A stretch of 64,000 bases of DNA from Octopus vulgaris. Its lineage: Eukaryota. The translations under genes were made by a program, and so were the position numbers. The stretch is from assembly GCA_951406725.2 (NCBI GenBank), contig OX597826.1, forward strand, positions 46,314,001 to 46,378,000. Reading direction: 5' to 3'. Numbering within the stretch: position 1 is the stretch's first letter; every line of letters begins with the position of its first letter. The notes beneath the pieces are model-generated. The model was not told the origin of the DNA. It worked only from the letters and a program-made list of their open reading frames with translations, and did not search any database. This document shows, piece after piece, positions 27,674 through 42,852 of the stretch.

Positions 27674-28779
27674 GTATTAAAAAAAAACACATCATTTATG
27701 GAATCACCCTATATGTGTGTGAGTATGTGTGTGTTTTTCTCTTTCTTCCTAGCTATCCTGTTATATCTACAGGCCTACATACTCTCTTTTCTGCCATCAT
27801 TATCATCATCATCATCATCCGTGCTGCCATCACCATCATAATTTCAATCTTATTTTCCCATGTTTTTTTTCAGTTCTCTCTTGGTACATGATCCAAACAC
27901 TTGACTTCTTCAACATGTATCTTTTTTATTTATTTTGGTTTTAAATTATAAATACATACGTTTTTTTCTAGTATTACACAATATAGACATACATATTTAC
28001 ATATATATATATGTATGAGGGCATGTGCAAGCATGTGTGTGTATCTCTCTATATATATCTATCTATGCATATATATTTATATGTGTATTAATATACTTAA
28101 TATATACAAGCTTATACACACACACACAAACACATATATATATATATAAAGTATAGTTTGCATGAAGCATAATTTGATACAGATAATTATTTTTTTTTTC
28201 TTTCTTAAGCCAAAATAATGTGAGTTTGAGTTGATGGTTTGTACTTTTACATTCTACTTCAATATTTTACATTCTACTTCAATATTTTACATTCTACTTC
28301 AATAAGTTAGAACCCCTTCTTCAGGAAACCTTTGGAGCCATACTGTTGGGAGCTGACAAACCCATATTCTGACTGGTATTATTTCTTATAACTTGCATTT
28401 TTCTAACTAGCAAAACAAAAACTGAAACATTTATACACACACATGTAAATTTATATATACATACACATGCATATGTTCTTGTTTGAAGATCACACTGACA
28501 TGGAACTCAAGACTCAAGGCAAACATTCATCTTCAATAAAAAACCATGTACTCTACAGGTTTTGAGTACTCTTCTATCATTCAACACAATTCAATATTCA
28601 TGTGTGTATATATAGATGCGTGCATGCAAGTGCATCTACACACACATATATATATAGACATCTGCATATATAATAGAATGTGTATATGGATGTACTCCAA
28701 TATATACACAGACACAACCATATATGTGCAAGTATTGGTGTACATAAACATATACACACATGTATATACATATATATAT

Positions 28780-28824
<45 letters not shown>

Positions 28825-29051
28825 CATACATATATATATATACATACATACATATATATATATATACATACATGTACATACATATATATATATATATATA
28901 CATATATATACATACATGTACATACATATATATATATATATATACATATATATACATACATGTACATACATATATATATATATATATACATACATATACA
29001 TACATACATATATATATATATACATACATGTACATACATATATATATATAT

Positions 29052-29098
<47 letters not shown>

Positions 29099-29105
29099 CA
29101 TACAT

Positions 29106-29175
<70 letters not shown>

Positions 29176-29596
29176 CATCACACATATTTGCACAAATACT
29201 TGAATGTTATAAGCATGCATGTGCATATCGGTGTATGAACGAGGTGGTGCATATGTCCACATCTATGTATACCAGTACATGCGTGCATGCGTACGTGTGT
29301 GGTGCATGTATATTAAATGATATGACCGTCTGATTTTGACAAGTAATAAAATTTAAAATGAAATTATAGCTTAAAAATCTTGAAGAAAACATAAAAATAC
29401 CAAGTTAAGCAGAATGATAATTTTAGAATATACATCTGTAGGCTTTTAATAGATCAGAGTTAGAGGGACGGTGGAGGAAGGGGGGGAGGCAGAAGAAATT
29501 ATGAAGAGAAAGAGAGATTATATCTATCTATCTATCTATGCATCTATCTATCTAAGGCAGACAAACAGATAAATAGATAGACATACATGTACATAA

Positions 29597-29627
<31 letters not shown>

Positions 29628-29664
29628 CGTATATAAATATATATACATACACACATATGTGCAG

Positions 29665-29697
<33 letters not shown>

Positions 29698-29710
29698 TAT
29701 ATACATATAC

Positions 29711-29743
<33 letters not shown>

Positions 29744-29754
29744 TATACACACAC

Positions 29755-29815
<61 letters not shown>

Positions 29816-30503
29816 TATACATATATATACACACACACACAGATATATACACACACACACATGTATGTATATATATGTATACACACACACATATAGATAG
29901 ACAGACAGACGGATAAAGAGAGAGATAGATATGTATACATATATATCTACACACACACACACACACAAATACAGATATATACATACAAGTATGTTTACAC
30001 ACACAAACACATAAATATAAATATACATATATTTATCAGAAAAATCTGATTGAGGAGGAAGAAATGAAGATTTTTTTTTTCATATTTATATGAAACTAAC
30101 AAGTATCAGATATCTTCGCTCCCCCCACCCCACCCTCACACTATCTCTCTCTTCTTTTCTCTTTTTCTAACTCTCTCTCTCTCTCTAAGATGTCTGGTAC
30201 CTTATTGGTTTGAATAAGGCGACTATCAAACAAAAGGACAATATAAGATAGGAGGAACTATTTCTTTTCTCCCCCTAGTGTTAATGTGTATGATTATAAT
30301 AGACTTCCTTTTTAAAACTAGACAACAACAACACAAACAAACAAAAAAAAGGAAAGAATTTTAAAAAAAAACAATTTTTTTTTTTACAAAAAAAATGGAG
30401 TTTTTCATGGTCTTGGTGAACTGTCAGATAAAAATCTTATCCATTGATAACAAAACAATCAACACCATTTTTAGAATTCCTTTTATTTACTTATTATTAT
30501 TAC

Positions 30504-30557
<54 letters not shown>

Positions 30558-31201
30558 CGCTGTTGTTGTAGTTGCTTTTATTATTATTGTCTATTCAACA
30601 TGAAGTACAGAAAAAAAATTTTTTTTTTTCCCATTTTATTGAAAAAAAATTTCTTTGAAACCAAAAATATATATATATACACACACACACATACATACAT
30701 ACATATGTATACATATACACACGTGTGTGTGTGTGTATGTCTACATATATATTGAAGAGAGAAAAAAAAAACATAACAGAAAATATCTATACTTAAATAT
30801 TCATAGTACGATTTCATGAAAGAAAAATAAAGATTCTATCAACTGTTATAAGTTAAATATTTCGGTTCTTAACAAGCAAGTCTATATTTGAGATGGCGGC
30901 TTTCCAGTTGATTATACAATGGGTATTAACAGATAAATATATTCAAATTAAAATACTATTTCTATATAATAGAAAGTTGAAATTTATGTACATGAATTGA
31001 TAAATAAAAAAGGCTCTGTCATTCAATGTTCTTGGGACATGAGGTCAATCTCGTATGAAAGCCGTTATTAATGATGGCTCTGGGGTTAAGGGACTGAACA
31101 AATGACTACATGACCAATCGGTTCAGTTTTTACCACAGAATGATAAAGTGTTGTCCTGCTTGACCAAGGCACATAAAATTTAGTTGCTCCTGTTTGTTTA
31201 A

Positions 31202-31421
31202 CCCTTTTGTTACCAACCCGGCTGAAACCAGCTCTGGCTCTGAGTACTAATGTCTTGTTTTCATAAGTTTTGAATTAAAATCTTCCACCAAGCCTTAGAC
31301 ACAATTTATGTTCCTAACACTAGCTGAATGATAACGAAGTTATCTTACTAAATTCTTTGTTATATTTAAAGTAATTGAAAGAAACACAGAGCATCTCAAA
31401 ATAAATACAGTAACAAAAGGG
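31202..31421. mobile_element. piggyBac-type MITE
   Basis: TTAA TSD on both sides; 12-bp TIR CCCTTTTGTTAC/GTAACAAAAGGG. Confidence 0.85.
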
Positions 31422-31645
31422 TTAACAGTGGTTCCATTGCCCAAGATTGTGGTTTATGAAATCAGCAGTAGAAAGAGCTTGAAGACTATAGCATTTCTGC
31501 AAGAACTAATACTACAGGCACTCAGTAGGTTATGATGACAAAGGTTCCAGTTGATACAATCAATGGAACGGCATGTTCATGAAATTAATGAGCAGGTGGA
31601 TGAGACTCTACAGACACACGTACCCTTAATGTAGTTCTGAAGTAG

Positions 31646-31880
31646 TCTGAATGGGAAACAAACTCCACACACCATATTCGCTGGACACTGCCCCATCTGA
31701 TTGTCATTTATTCTGCACTCTTCAAAATCATTTGGACTGAAAAAATATGAATTCTGTAGACAAGGTCAGAACAGTACTGGAGGAGTATTTTTTTGTTATG
31801 GATAAATGTATTTTGGAAATGGGGCCTTGCAAGCCTACCAGATAGATGGAAGAGCATTGTAGAAAATGATGGAAAATATG
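31646..31880 (+). mobile_element. Fragment of the same mariner (3' transposase region)
   Basis: Aligns with about 27372-27605. Confidence 0.8.
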
Positions 31881-32669
31881 ACAAGGCTGGCCCTTTTCAA
31901 CTACTGGTACAACACATTTTTGCCAGCATTGTGAAATGAAGTGTCTTGCTGAAGGACACATGTCGCCAGAAATCAAACTCAAGACCTTATGATAGTCATG
32001 GTTAAGCAAATTAATGATCAAAACAAGCATGTGATCACAAATCTTTAATTATCTCAGCAGTTTTTTTTTTTCTAGACACCAGGTACCCAGAACTACATTA
32101 TTCAATACAAACTTTTTATAAAGACTATAGTGTAGGATTTGAGAATGATTTGGTTGCTATGTTTAGCATTGAAACTTCCTTGTTTTCTTATTTGTTCTGT
32201 ACTACAACCAAATGTGGATAAAGCCATCTTAGAGGTTTCTTATCCCAACTGTGCAAGTAATCAGCCCGTTGTAGTAGTTGTTTAATCCTGAGATCACCCT
32301 ATTATGTTCACTAGTGATCAATTACATCCTGTATGTGACCATCCTGTTTTTTTTTTTCCGTAAGTACAGCACACCTAGTGCCACTTTATTTTCCTCGATG
32401 GTACAATCAGTTGGTGCTTTTTACATGCCTACCGGCACGGAAGTCAGTCAAGGTGGCACTGGCATATACAATGGGCTTCTTTCAGTTTCCACTTAGCAGG
32501 GCTTTGACTGGCCCAAAGCTATAGAAGACACTTGCCCAGGGTGCCATGTAGTGGGACTGAACCCTCAACTATGTGGCTGAGAAGCAAGCTTCTTACTACA
32601 CAGCCATGCCCAAGCCTATATATATATATATATATACACATACATATATATATATACACATATATGCAT

Positions 32670-32700
<31 letters not shown>

Positions 32701-33336
32701 CACACATACACACACACAAACATGTAACTTCTAAATGACCTGTATGAACATTTTGAAAAATTACCCATATAAGTTTTGTATTAATTATAATTGCTCTCAA
32801 ATTAGCAACATAATTATCAACAAATTTTTTAAATAACTGAATTTTTTAAATAACTGAAAATACACACACACACACACACAAACCCACCCCAAAATTCCTA
32901 GTATATTTCTTGTAAGACAATATACCAAGAATTGAAATAATCTAGCAGAATTTAAGAACCACAGAATTACATTTTTTTTTTTCCTTTTGAAAAATACCAA
33001 ATTAATTAGCAGCAATAAAAATAGTTCCTTCATCAATGAACTCATTTAACCCTTAACAGCATGGAAAAATAAACAAAAACAAAGAAACACAAACAAAAAA
33101 AAAAGCAACAAAAAGAAATCCCCGCAAACAGATGGTACAGAAGATGAAAAGGTAAAGAAAACAGTAAGGGGCTAGTGTAAACACAGGGTTCAAATTAGGT
33201 TAGTTACTATGAGTCTATAAGGTAATGTACTGCCAATATTGGTGTTTTAAGTACTGGTGAACTTGGTAAGAAATAACTAATCAAGAAATAATAACGACTA
33301 TGTATTGATTTATTTTCAGTTGACTTTATTTCACGC

Positions 33337-33381
<45 letters not shown>

Positions 33382-33383
33382 TT

Positions 33384-33417
<34 letters not shown>

Positions 33418-33706
33418 TATCTCATTACATATACACACACACATATATATATCATTATACATACATATATATATATATATCATTAAATATATATCATCAT
33501 AAAAATATATATACATAGAGAGAGGGAGAGAGAAAGCATATGAACACTTGCCCATGGACATTATATATATACATATATATATACATACATATATATATAT
33601 GCATATACATATATATATGCATATACATATATACAAATACAAACATATACACACACATACATACATATACATATATACACATACATGTATACATACATAT
33701 ACATAC

Positions 33707-33737
<31 letters not shown>

Positions 33738-33808
33738 CATACATACACATACATACATATATATATATATATATACACACATATATATACACACACACAT
33801 ACACACAT

Positions 33809-33840
<32 letters not shown>

Positions 33841-35718
33841 ATGTATGTATATATGTATGTATAAATGCATGGATAGCTAGATAGATAGACAGACAGACAG
33901 ATAAAAACATATATATATATAGGTGTGCATGGATGAATAAATACATGTGTGTGAGTGTGAATGAGTGTACCGAAATGATTTCAAAAGTTTTGCTTCCATT
34001 TATACATAAATAGTTCTTCGAGAGAATTATTAACTGAAAGTCAGTGCTAAGGACAAAAAGACCAAAAATAATTCTCCATTGAAAACATATCTTTAATAGG
34101 CCTCATGAAAAGCTCACACATTTTCAACAGAGCAAATCTAGGAACAATAACCGAAAACGATTGTATATGTATGGAGAGAGAAACATAACAAGAACCAAAA
34201 AACAAAGAAAAAAACACAAAACAAAAAAAAAAAGACAACAAACATTTAAAAGAAACATTTAAAAGTGAGTTTCAAGAACAAAATCTTGTCAACAATTGGC
34301 AATTAGAATGGTTTAATATTTCAGTTAATATTTCAAAGATTGCTCGAAAAATTAACAATAACGCGGACTTTTTTTCATTTTTATTAGGCAAGAAAAGAGA
34401 CAAAATGCAATTGCCAAGTTACAATACAAAACTTGGGAAATCAGAATGAAATGTATAGCTAACATTTCATCAACAAAATTTTTCATTTATTTTCCAATTT
34501 GAAAAGTTTATAAAAGAAACTCAATAGATTTCTGATCAATTATAACTAGCATGATTTTTGTATGGCGCTTTGTTGCTGATTTACTCTCTCAGACTAAAAC
34601 TTAGAAGCACAAACAAAACGACAAATTAAAAAAAAAAACAAAAAGAAAACAAATGAATAAAATAGAGAATTCCTCTCAAAACGTTCATCCTGCAAATTGG
34701 TTGAACTATGTCTTACATTTATTTCGGAGAAACAACATAGCTTTGATTGAGTTCCCAAAGAACAAACTGAAACAGAGCTAACAACTAATTGAAGGCTGGC
34801 TAACGAATAAAATTAAATGAATTCACGTAAAAGGTAAAGTAAAATGATTCATGACAAAAATTGTTTTCTAATGATTAACAAAAATGAATAGGTGAATAAA
34901 TAAATGAATATATATATATTTTAAAAAATTAAGTTTTAAGATCAAAGCAAAAAGATTTCCTAAAACAAAACGACACAATTTTAGAAATGACAAGTATTAA
35001 TTTTTCAAGAATCTGTTATTGCCAATCATGGCACTCCATTTATTTTCTATTGGAGAGCTAAAGGTTCTTCTCATTTGTTAGAACACAGAAGGAATATAAT
35101 TGTTTCTAAGAGAGGTACAAACTATAAAATTTGTCGAGAAAGAGGATTGGTCAATTGTACTGACTTCAGGTACTTTATAAGAACCAATTTCTTCCTGAAG
35201 AGAGGAAATCAGACAGAAAGAGAAAGATTTGATACCTGCACAGGACTGGTATTTTATTTATTAAATTCTACCAGAATTTTGTTCAATGCTCAGATGACAC
35301 TGCCATTCAAACAGACCCCAGTACATAACTAGTACTTATTTTATTACCACACCCCACTCTTGTAACTGGTTGAGAAAACTGTTGGTGATGTTGACATTCC
35401 TTGTTGACATTACAACTGCTTGTGCTGTGTTTCCAAGAGCCACTGGAATAGAAAATGTCTTTTATTTGGTAACAAGAAGTAAATGTATTTGGCCATTTAT
35501 TTATGCCTTAAATACAGCCATATCCATCCTTTTTCCAAATGGTAAAATGGACATCAAATGAACAAAGTAGTATCTCAAATATTTAAGTATTTTACAAAAC
35601 AGTTTACCAAATCTGCTATGAGAAACAGCATATAAATGTACCAAAGAAGTCTACATAGTTCCTCAATGCTACAAATAGTAGCTACATCTCCATCAAATCA
35701 CACCTCATCATCATTTAA

Positions 35719-35939
35719 CCCTTTCGTTACCATATTTATTATGAGATGCTCTGTGCTTCTTTCAATTATTTTAAATATAATAAAGAGTTTAGTAAAATAA
35801 GTTAGTTATCACTAGGCTAGTGTTAGGAACATAAATTCTGACTAAGGTTTGGCGAAAGATTTTAATTTAAAACGTATGAAAACAGGACATTTCTCCAACA
35901 GAACCAGAGCCAGTTTCAGCGGGGTTAGTAACAAAAGAG
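35719..35939. mobile_element. piggyBac-type MITE, inverted copy of the 31202-31421 family
   Basis: TTAA-CCCTTTCGTTAC ... GTAACAAAAGAG-TTAA; internal sequence is the reverse complement of the other copy. Confidence 0.8.
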
Positions 35940-37294
35940 TTAACATCCATTTTCCATGTTAGCATAGGTTGGACAGTTTGTTAAGAGCTGGCCAGCTGGA
36001 CAACTGCCCAGGCACCAATTGTCTATTTTGGTATGGTTTCTATGGCTGAATACTCTTCCTAACACCCACCATCACTTGTTTGTACTCCCACCATCACTTG
36101 TCAACTGATGTTGGTGTGTTTACGTCCTCGTAACTTAGTGGTTCGGCAAAAGAGACCAATAGAATAAGTACTAGGCTTACAAAGAATATGACCTGGGGTC
36201 GATTTGTTCGACTAAAGGCAGTGCTCCAGCATGGTTGCAGTCAAATGACTGAAACAAATATAAGAATATTACAATATGTATATATTTATGTGAAACATGC
36301 TCCTATGTAAAGTTTTTTTATATACTCTGTAAATATGCACCTATATAGTCATTAGAAAGTGTGTTTATGATCTGCACACACAAACACATACATGTATATA
36401 TGCATATATATGTAATATGCTAGTGTGCATGCATCTATATATTCTTGTATGTTGGATGCATGTATATATGCATATGTATGTATGTATGCATGCATGCATG
36501 CATATACGTATGGTATGTTGGTATGTATGCATGTATGGCTGTATATTATGTTTCTATGAAATACCATTCCATGGATTTGAAAGCTAAATGCTTGACAATG
36601 TGAATAAAAAATTGTGTGTATGTGAGTACATATATATGCATAAATGCATACACACACACAACCACAACCACATATACATGTGCATACATATACGTATGTG
36701 TGCATGTATATGTGTATATATATGTATGTGTGAATATATATATGTGTGTGTGTGTGTGTATGTAGATAAACACATGCATTCATTATTCACACACAACACA
36801 AAAAAAAAGACAAACTGCTGGCTATGAAGCCAAGAATTATCAACTTTAATGGTATTGTCAAATTAAAAACTATAAAACCCTTTAAGATTAGTTTTTTCTT
36901 ATCTTTGTTCTAATAAGCTTTAATAGCTTGCTGAACTACTGGAATACAAACTGACAAAACCGGAAAACACCAACAAGAAGACTCGCTAGCGAGCCGAGCC
37001 GAGCCGAGCCGTGAGCAAGATTTAAAAAAGCTTTTTTTATCATTTTAACGAAACTGAAAAAAAAAAAAAAAAAAAATTTTTTAAGCTGTTACTTTCAACT
37101 GACGGGAAAAAAAAACAACACAAAACAAAGGCATAAAAAAAACGTAAGAAAGAATGCATTTATACATACACATAACACGCATGAGCAAATGAGGACACAA
37201 AGCATAAGCAGCAAAGATACCATCCAAATTAGACATTACAATTAAATCTTGCAAGCCAGATTCAATGAGATCAGTAACATGAAGTTAATACTAT

Positions 37295-37335
<41 letters not shown>

Positions 37336-37524
37336 CAGACAGACAGAAGTTTTCAGAAGAGAGAAAGAATTAAAGAGTTTTGCATTAAAGAGCAACAATT
37401 TTGCATCTTTTTCTTTTTTTTTTTTTGCATTTGGCTTTTCCCTTTTCTTAAACCTGGCATGTGAGAAGAGCTTGATTCTTCTGTAGAATGTACGTTTATT
37501 ATGCACATGCCCATGTGTAAATAT

Positions 37525-37557
<33 letters not shown>

Positions 37558-37693
37558 GAGTACTGTGCAAATATAATGTATAAACTTCTGTTCAATTTCT
37601 GTTGACTTTGTCATTTCCACATTTTTGGGATTATATTATATGATGTATATGTGTGTTTATAAAAAAGTTTATACACACACATGCACACACACA

Positions 37694-38056
<363 letters not shown>

Positions 38057-38671
38057 TATACATGCATGTAAACATAGACACACATGCATGTATACATATA
38101 CATACACACACACACACACACAGACATATATGTGTATGTGCAAGTGTGTGTATATAAAAATGTTCATTACCATATGACATGAACACAAAATTAATTATAT
38201 GATGAAGGCACCTGTTTGTATGCATGTATATATAGGTGCATGCACTTGTGTGTGTGTGTGTGTGTGTGTGTATTTCCTGTTTGTTTAATTCTATTTTCTT
38301 TATTCGATTTTTGAGTTAACATAATTTTCAACAAAGAATTGCCAAAAGACCAAAAAAACAAAAAAAAAAACTGGAAGAAAAATTAAAAAGGAAAGAAGAA
38401 AATCCACCCCTACCTAATCCAATTTTGATCGCTAGAAAAGAAGGGTTTGCTGATGATCAAGGCCCAAGATACAGAGATCTACTTGCCAATAATCCTGTTA
38501 CATGGTTCATAATATTAGGAGGAAGGTAAAGAGGAAGAAACTTCGTAACGAAACAAGGCACAAGATAATGGGTCTATAACAGATGGGTGTATACAGATGC
38601 AGGAAGGAGTAGAGATAGCTCTAATAATGCAAATGAGGAAATCAGTTAATAATGATTTTGAAAGTGAAAGT

Positions 38672-38708
<37 letters not shown>

Positions 38709-38786
38709 GAAAGAAAGACTTAGTGGATACAGAAAAAACCTTTCAACAATTAAGAACATTTGAAAAATAACTAAATAAATCACACT

Positions 38787-38817
<31 letters not shown>

Positions 38818-39038
38818 CAATATGTAATTTTAAGTTCCAAGGATTTAAATGCAGGAAGTTAGTAAGCTTCAAGCTGTCCATAGTATGTTTTGGCAGAGTA
38901 GTAAGATTGTAGGCTTTTCCCATATCAAAGTGGAGTACCCATCGTTGAGTAATTATTACTTCCAAGGTTCTGCTAGCTAGGAAACATATGGAGTCTGGAT
39001 TCTGTCTGTTCCATTCCTTCAATTTGGATCTATATATA

Positions 39039-39947
39039 TTGGGTCACACCATTAATTATTGCAGTCTTTTTATATTTCTCTTATTTTTCAAAATCATTAC
39101 AAACAAGGTTCTTGTTTTAATCTAAAATATTCTCTCCATTTTTTAAAATGCTCTTCCATCTATCTGGTAGAATTGCAAGGTCTCTCTTCCAAAATTCACT
39201 CGTCCATGATGAAAAATACTCCTCCAGTACTGTTCTGACCTCGACTACAGAATTCATATTTTTTCTGTCCAAATGATTTTGAAGACTGCAGAATAAATGA
39301 TAATCAGATGGGGCAATGTCTGGTGAATATGGTGGGTGGGGCATCATTTCCCATTCAAACTGCTACAGCTTTGGAATGGCATCCTTGCTGTATGTGGCCG
39401 AGCATCATCCTGATGGAAGAACACCTTACATCTTGAAACCAAAGATGGCGGTTTTTCTTGAATGACTGGTTGAATGACCAAATCCAAGTTTCTCTATTAG
39501 TTCTTGAACAGTTACGATGGGATTTTGTTCCAACAGGGTTTACAGGATGTCCTATTTGAGCTCTACAGATCTTCCTGAACGAGACTCATCTTCTAAGCTG
39601 TAACTTCCAGCTCGAAAATTTTGGAACCACCGTTGACACTGACTTACACTTATTGCTGATCCCCATATACTGCATTAATATTCCCCACACTTTCCATTAC
39701 GTTGTTGTCTTTATCGAATTCATAAAGCAAAATATGCCAAATATACTCCTTTGTCACTTCCATTATAGCTTTGAAAAAAATGACTCTTAAAATCGAACTG
39801 CACTCTTCAAAACTTGCACTACGAATAAGGACAAGGTAAAATTACTACCTGTTTTTATAGCAAGTTGATGCAGGTAGTTTATCCTGTCCACCTCCAACTT
39901 TTAATTAATGCAATTAGAAAAACCATATTATTTACGGGATGACCCAA
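39039..39947 (-). mobile_element. Internally deleted mariner (DD34D) copy
   Basis: TA-flanked TIRs TTGGGTCA...TGACCCAA; translates PHPPYSPDIAPSDYHLF. Confidence 0.9.
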
Positions 39948-39984
39948 TATATCATAATCATCATTTAGCATTCATTTAGCATCC

Positions 39985-40143
39985 ATCTTGATCACTTGGG
40001 TATCACCTCCATGAGACTCAACATCCAAAGGTCATGCTTCACTACCTTATCCCCATGTCTCCCCTGGTCTACCTCTTCCACAGGTTCCCTCCACAGTTAA
40101 GAGACTGGCACTTCTTTACACAGCTGTACTTGTCCATATGCGA
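39985..40143 (-). mobile_element. RTE LINE C-terminal fragment
   Basis: Reverse complement of 11250-11340 (aggtcatgcttcac, ggtctacct). Confidence 0.65.
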
Positions 40144-40243
40144 CATATATATGTGGCTGTATGTTAAGAAGCTTGCTTCCCAATGACATGGTCTTTGTGC
40201 TTGCATCTGTCCCTTTCCACCACTTGAGAACCAGTGTTAGTTT

Positions 40244-40744
40244 ACATTATTTACATTTAACGGATATTTGTCCTCATCTTGTTTGTTAACACAACGTTTC
40301 GGCTGATATACCCGCCAGCTTTCATCAGGTATCTTGGGGAAATTTTGAAACTGGGTTCTCATTCCTAAGGTATTTTTTATTATTATTCAGGTCACTGCCT
40401 GGAATCGAACTCGGAATCTTGGGGTTAGTAGCCTGCACTCTTAACCACTACGCCATATGTCCGTGGGCAATTATGGAGTGAATATGGCATAGTGGTTAAG
40501 AGTGCAGGCTACTAACCCCAAGATTCCAAGTTCAATTCCAGGCAGTGACCTTAATAATAATAATAATATTGAAAAATACATTAGGAATGAGAACCCAGGT
40601 TGGAAATTTCTCCAAGACACCTGATGAAGGCTGGAAGGTATATCAGCCAAAATGTGTTAACAAGAAACAAGATGAGGGCAAATATATGTAAAATCTAAAT
40701 AATGCAAAATAATGTACATAATTCCTCATCTCTTAAATATAGAA
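40244..40744. mobile_element. Head-to-head foldback element: tRNA-derived head plus hammerhead-containing Penelope-like tail, inserted into a SINE-B copy
   Basis: Inverted arms at about 40244-40458 and 40482-40705; A-box TGGCGTAGTGG and B-box GAGTTCGATTCC; 12-bp TSD CAGTGTTAGTTT at 40232-40243 and 40745-40756. Confidence 0.85.
40288..40333 (-). ncRNA. Minimal hammerhead ribozyme motif in the foldback element
   Basis: gatac-CTGATGA-a-agctg..cagcc-GAAA-CGTT/gtgtt. The partner copy at 40616-40658 has a perfect stem II (ggctg/cagcc) but a decayed GAAAC. Confidence 0.65.
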
Positions 40745-42500
40745 CAGTGTTAGTTTGTTTACATTCCCCTGTAACTTGTTTACATTCTCTTGTTCGGCAA
40801 AAGATAGCCATAAAATAAGTACCAAGTTCAAAACATGCTACTGAGGTCAACTTTGCCTTTCATTCTTTCAAGGTCAATAGAAAAAGTACCAGTTGAATAC
40901 TGGGGTTAATGTAATCAAGCAGCCCCCTCTCCCCAACCAAAAGAGAAAAAAATAACATTTCAGGCCTTGTAGATAGGATATTCAACCTATTGACTAACAA
41001 TAGGGTAAAGGGTAAAAGATCCCCTTCGGGCATGAATGACTATGGGATTGCACCTAGAAAGATCCCCTCCAAGGCTACTCATGGAAGACCAGAAGACTAG
41101 CTGTCACTCATGCATACCAGCCTCTCCTCTCCATGCCACTAATGTTATCCAAGGGAAAGGCAAAGGCTGATATAGCTTGGCACCAGTGACGTCACAACAC
41201 ATAATTAAGTGTCTTGCTCAAGAACACAACATACGGGCTGTTTTGGGAATCTAACTCATTACCTCCTGATTGTGAGCTCAATACTCAAACCACTGAGCCT
41301 TCACTAACAATAAAGATGTGATACTGAACCAGTGTCTGTTATCATTGTTGGTGTAATGACCCTCCCAAGACACAAGATATATATGTGTGTGTGTATGTAT
41401 GTGTGTGTATATATATATATCCACACACACCATATAAACACACATTATAGCTATTTAATTACATGTACACATTGGAACAATCCTATAAATATATCAGATA
41501 CACACACACAAACAGCAACATAAATATGAACACACACACATACATGAATTCTACATTCATGTTTCGGCTGAGAAGAGTTACTCTATACTCTACCAGTACC
41601 AAAATCAAAAATAACATTAAATATAAAATAAAAACAGCAAAAAAACCCCCAAAAAAACAGAGAGGAAGAAAGGACTACTGTATCTAAACAGTCTCTAACA
41701 CAATATTCTGGAACATTCTTTAAACAATACAAGTCTCATATTACTGGAACAACTCAAACTACCATAGTAAAGATTGCTTGTATACACAATCTCAAATATT
41801 TTCTATTTTTTCCTTAAAAGAATTTTTATTATCTGCCCATCCCACCTGCCAGTTTTTTCCCTGCCCTCTTTGTCCTTTCAGTTACTTTGTTGCATTTCTT
41901 TTTTTTTTTGTTTTCCTGTTTTTCTTTTGTAGAACAGAATGTTCAGTGTGACAATCAAAACAAGAGAAGAGGAGAAATGAAATCCACTAAGTTACTCTCC
42001 ATAAGGATTGTGTGCGAGTGTATGCATATATGTACATATACATACACATATATATATAATGCCTTGTCTAACACATGTCCAAGTCTCCAGGAAAATACCT
42101 CCGAGACTTATGGTATGGTAAAGATTGGTGAAGGAGGGGCAGTATCTATGTCACTTGCCCTCTACTCTGGACCAGGGTTTAGAAAACAAATCGTTCTCAT
42201 AAAGTGTCCTTGATAGGAAAATATACATAAGAGAACAATAAAGCAGGCAAAATAATAATAATCCTTTCTATTATAGGCACATGGCCTGAAATTTGAGAGG
42301 AGGGGACTAGTTGATCACATCGCCCCCAGTGATTCACTGGTACTTAATTTATTGACCCTGAAAGGATGAAAGGCAAAGGCAACCTTAGTGGAATTTGAAC
42401 TCAGAACATAGTGGCAGACAAAATACTAAGCATTTTACCTGGTATGCCAATGATTCTGCCAACTTGTCGCCTTAATAATGATAATAATCATAATAATAAC

Positions 42501-42842
42501 AAAAGCACTCAGAGAGTACAAACCTCTGCCAAGGCAACACCAACGTACTCTCAATGATGATTTTTAAAATGTGAATATCTGAAATAAACTCGACTGCTCT
42601 CACAAACAAGAATACTAAAAATGAATCCAACAGCTAAGTAACAAAATAGGAAAAATAATCCAGAATCCTTGTCCGGTAACGGAGCAATCCCAAATTTAAT
42701 CAGTTCATACCAGCCAAACATCCCTGAAAATTTTATATGAATCCATCCACCAGTTCTTGAGATATCTTGTCCAATGACAAAGAAAGAAACAAACAAACAA
42801 GACTGAAAACAATACCTGCACCATTGCTAAGGCAGAGGTAAT
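42501..42842 (-). mobile_element. Non-autonomous Helentron-like (HINE/DINE-type) element
   Basis: Subterminal inverted repeats ACCTCTGCC/GGCAGAGGT, 3' hairpin gtactc-tct-gagtgc, internal (TTTG)n. Second copy at 62221-62575. Confidence 0.7.
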
Positions 42843-42852
42843 GATGATGATG

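Noticed and set aside
40390-40550. tRNA genes
   Set aside because: A and B boxes are present but there is no proper acceptor stem; these are SINE heads.
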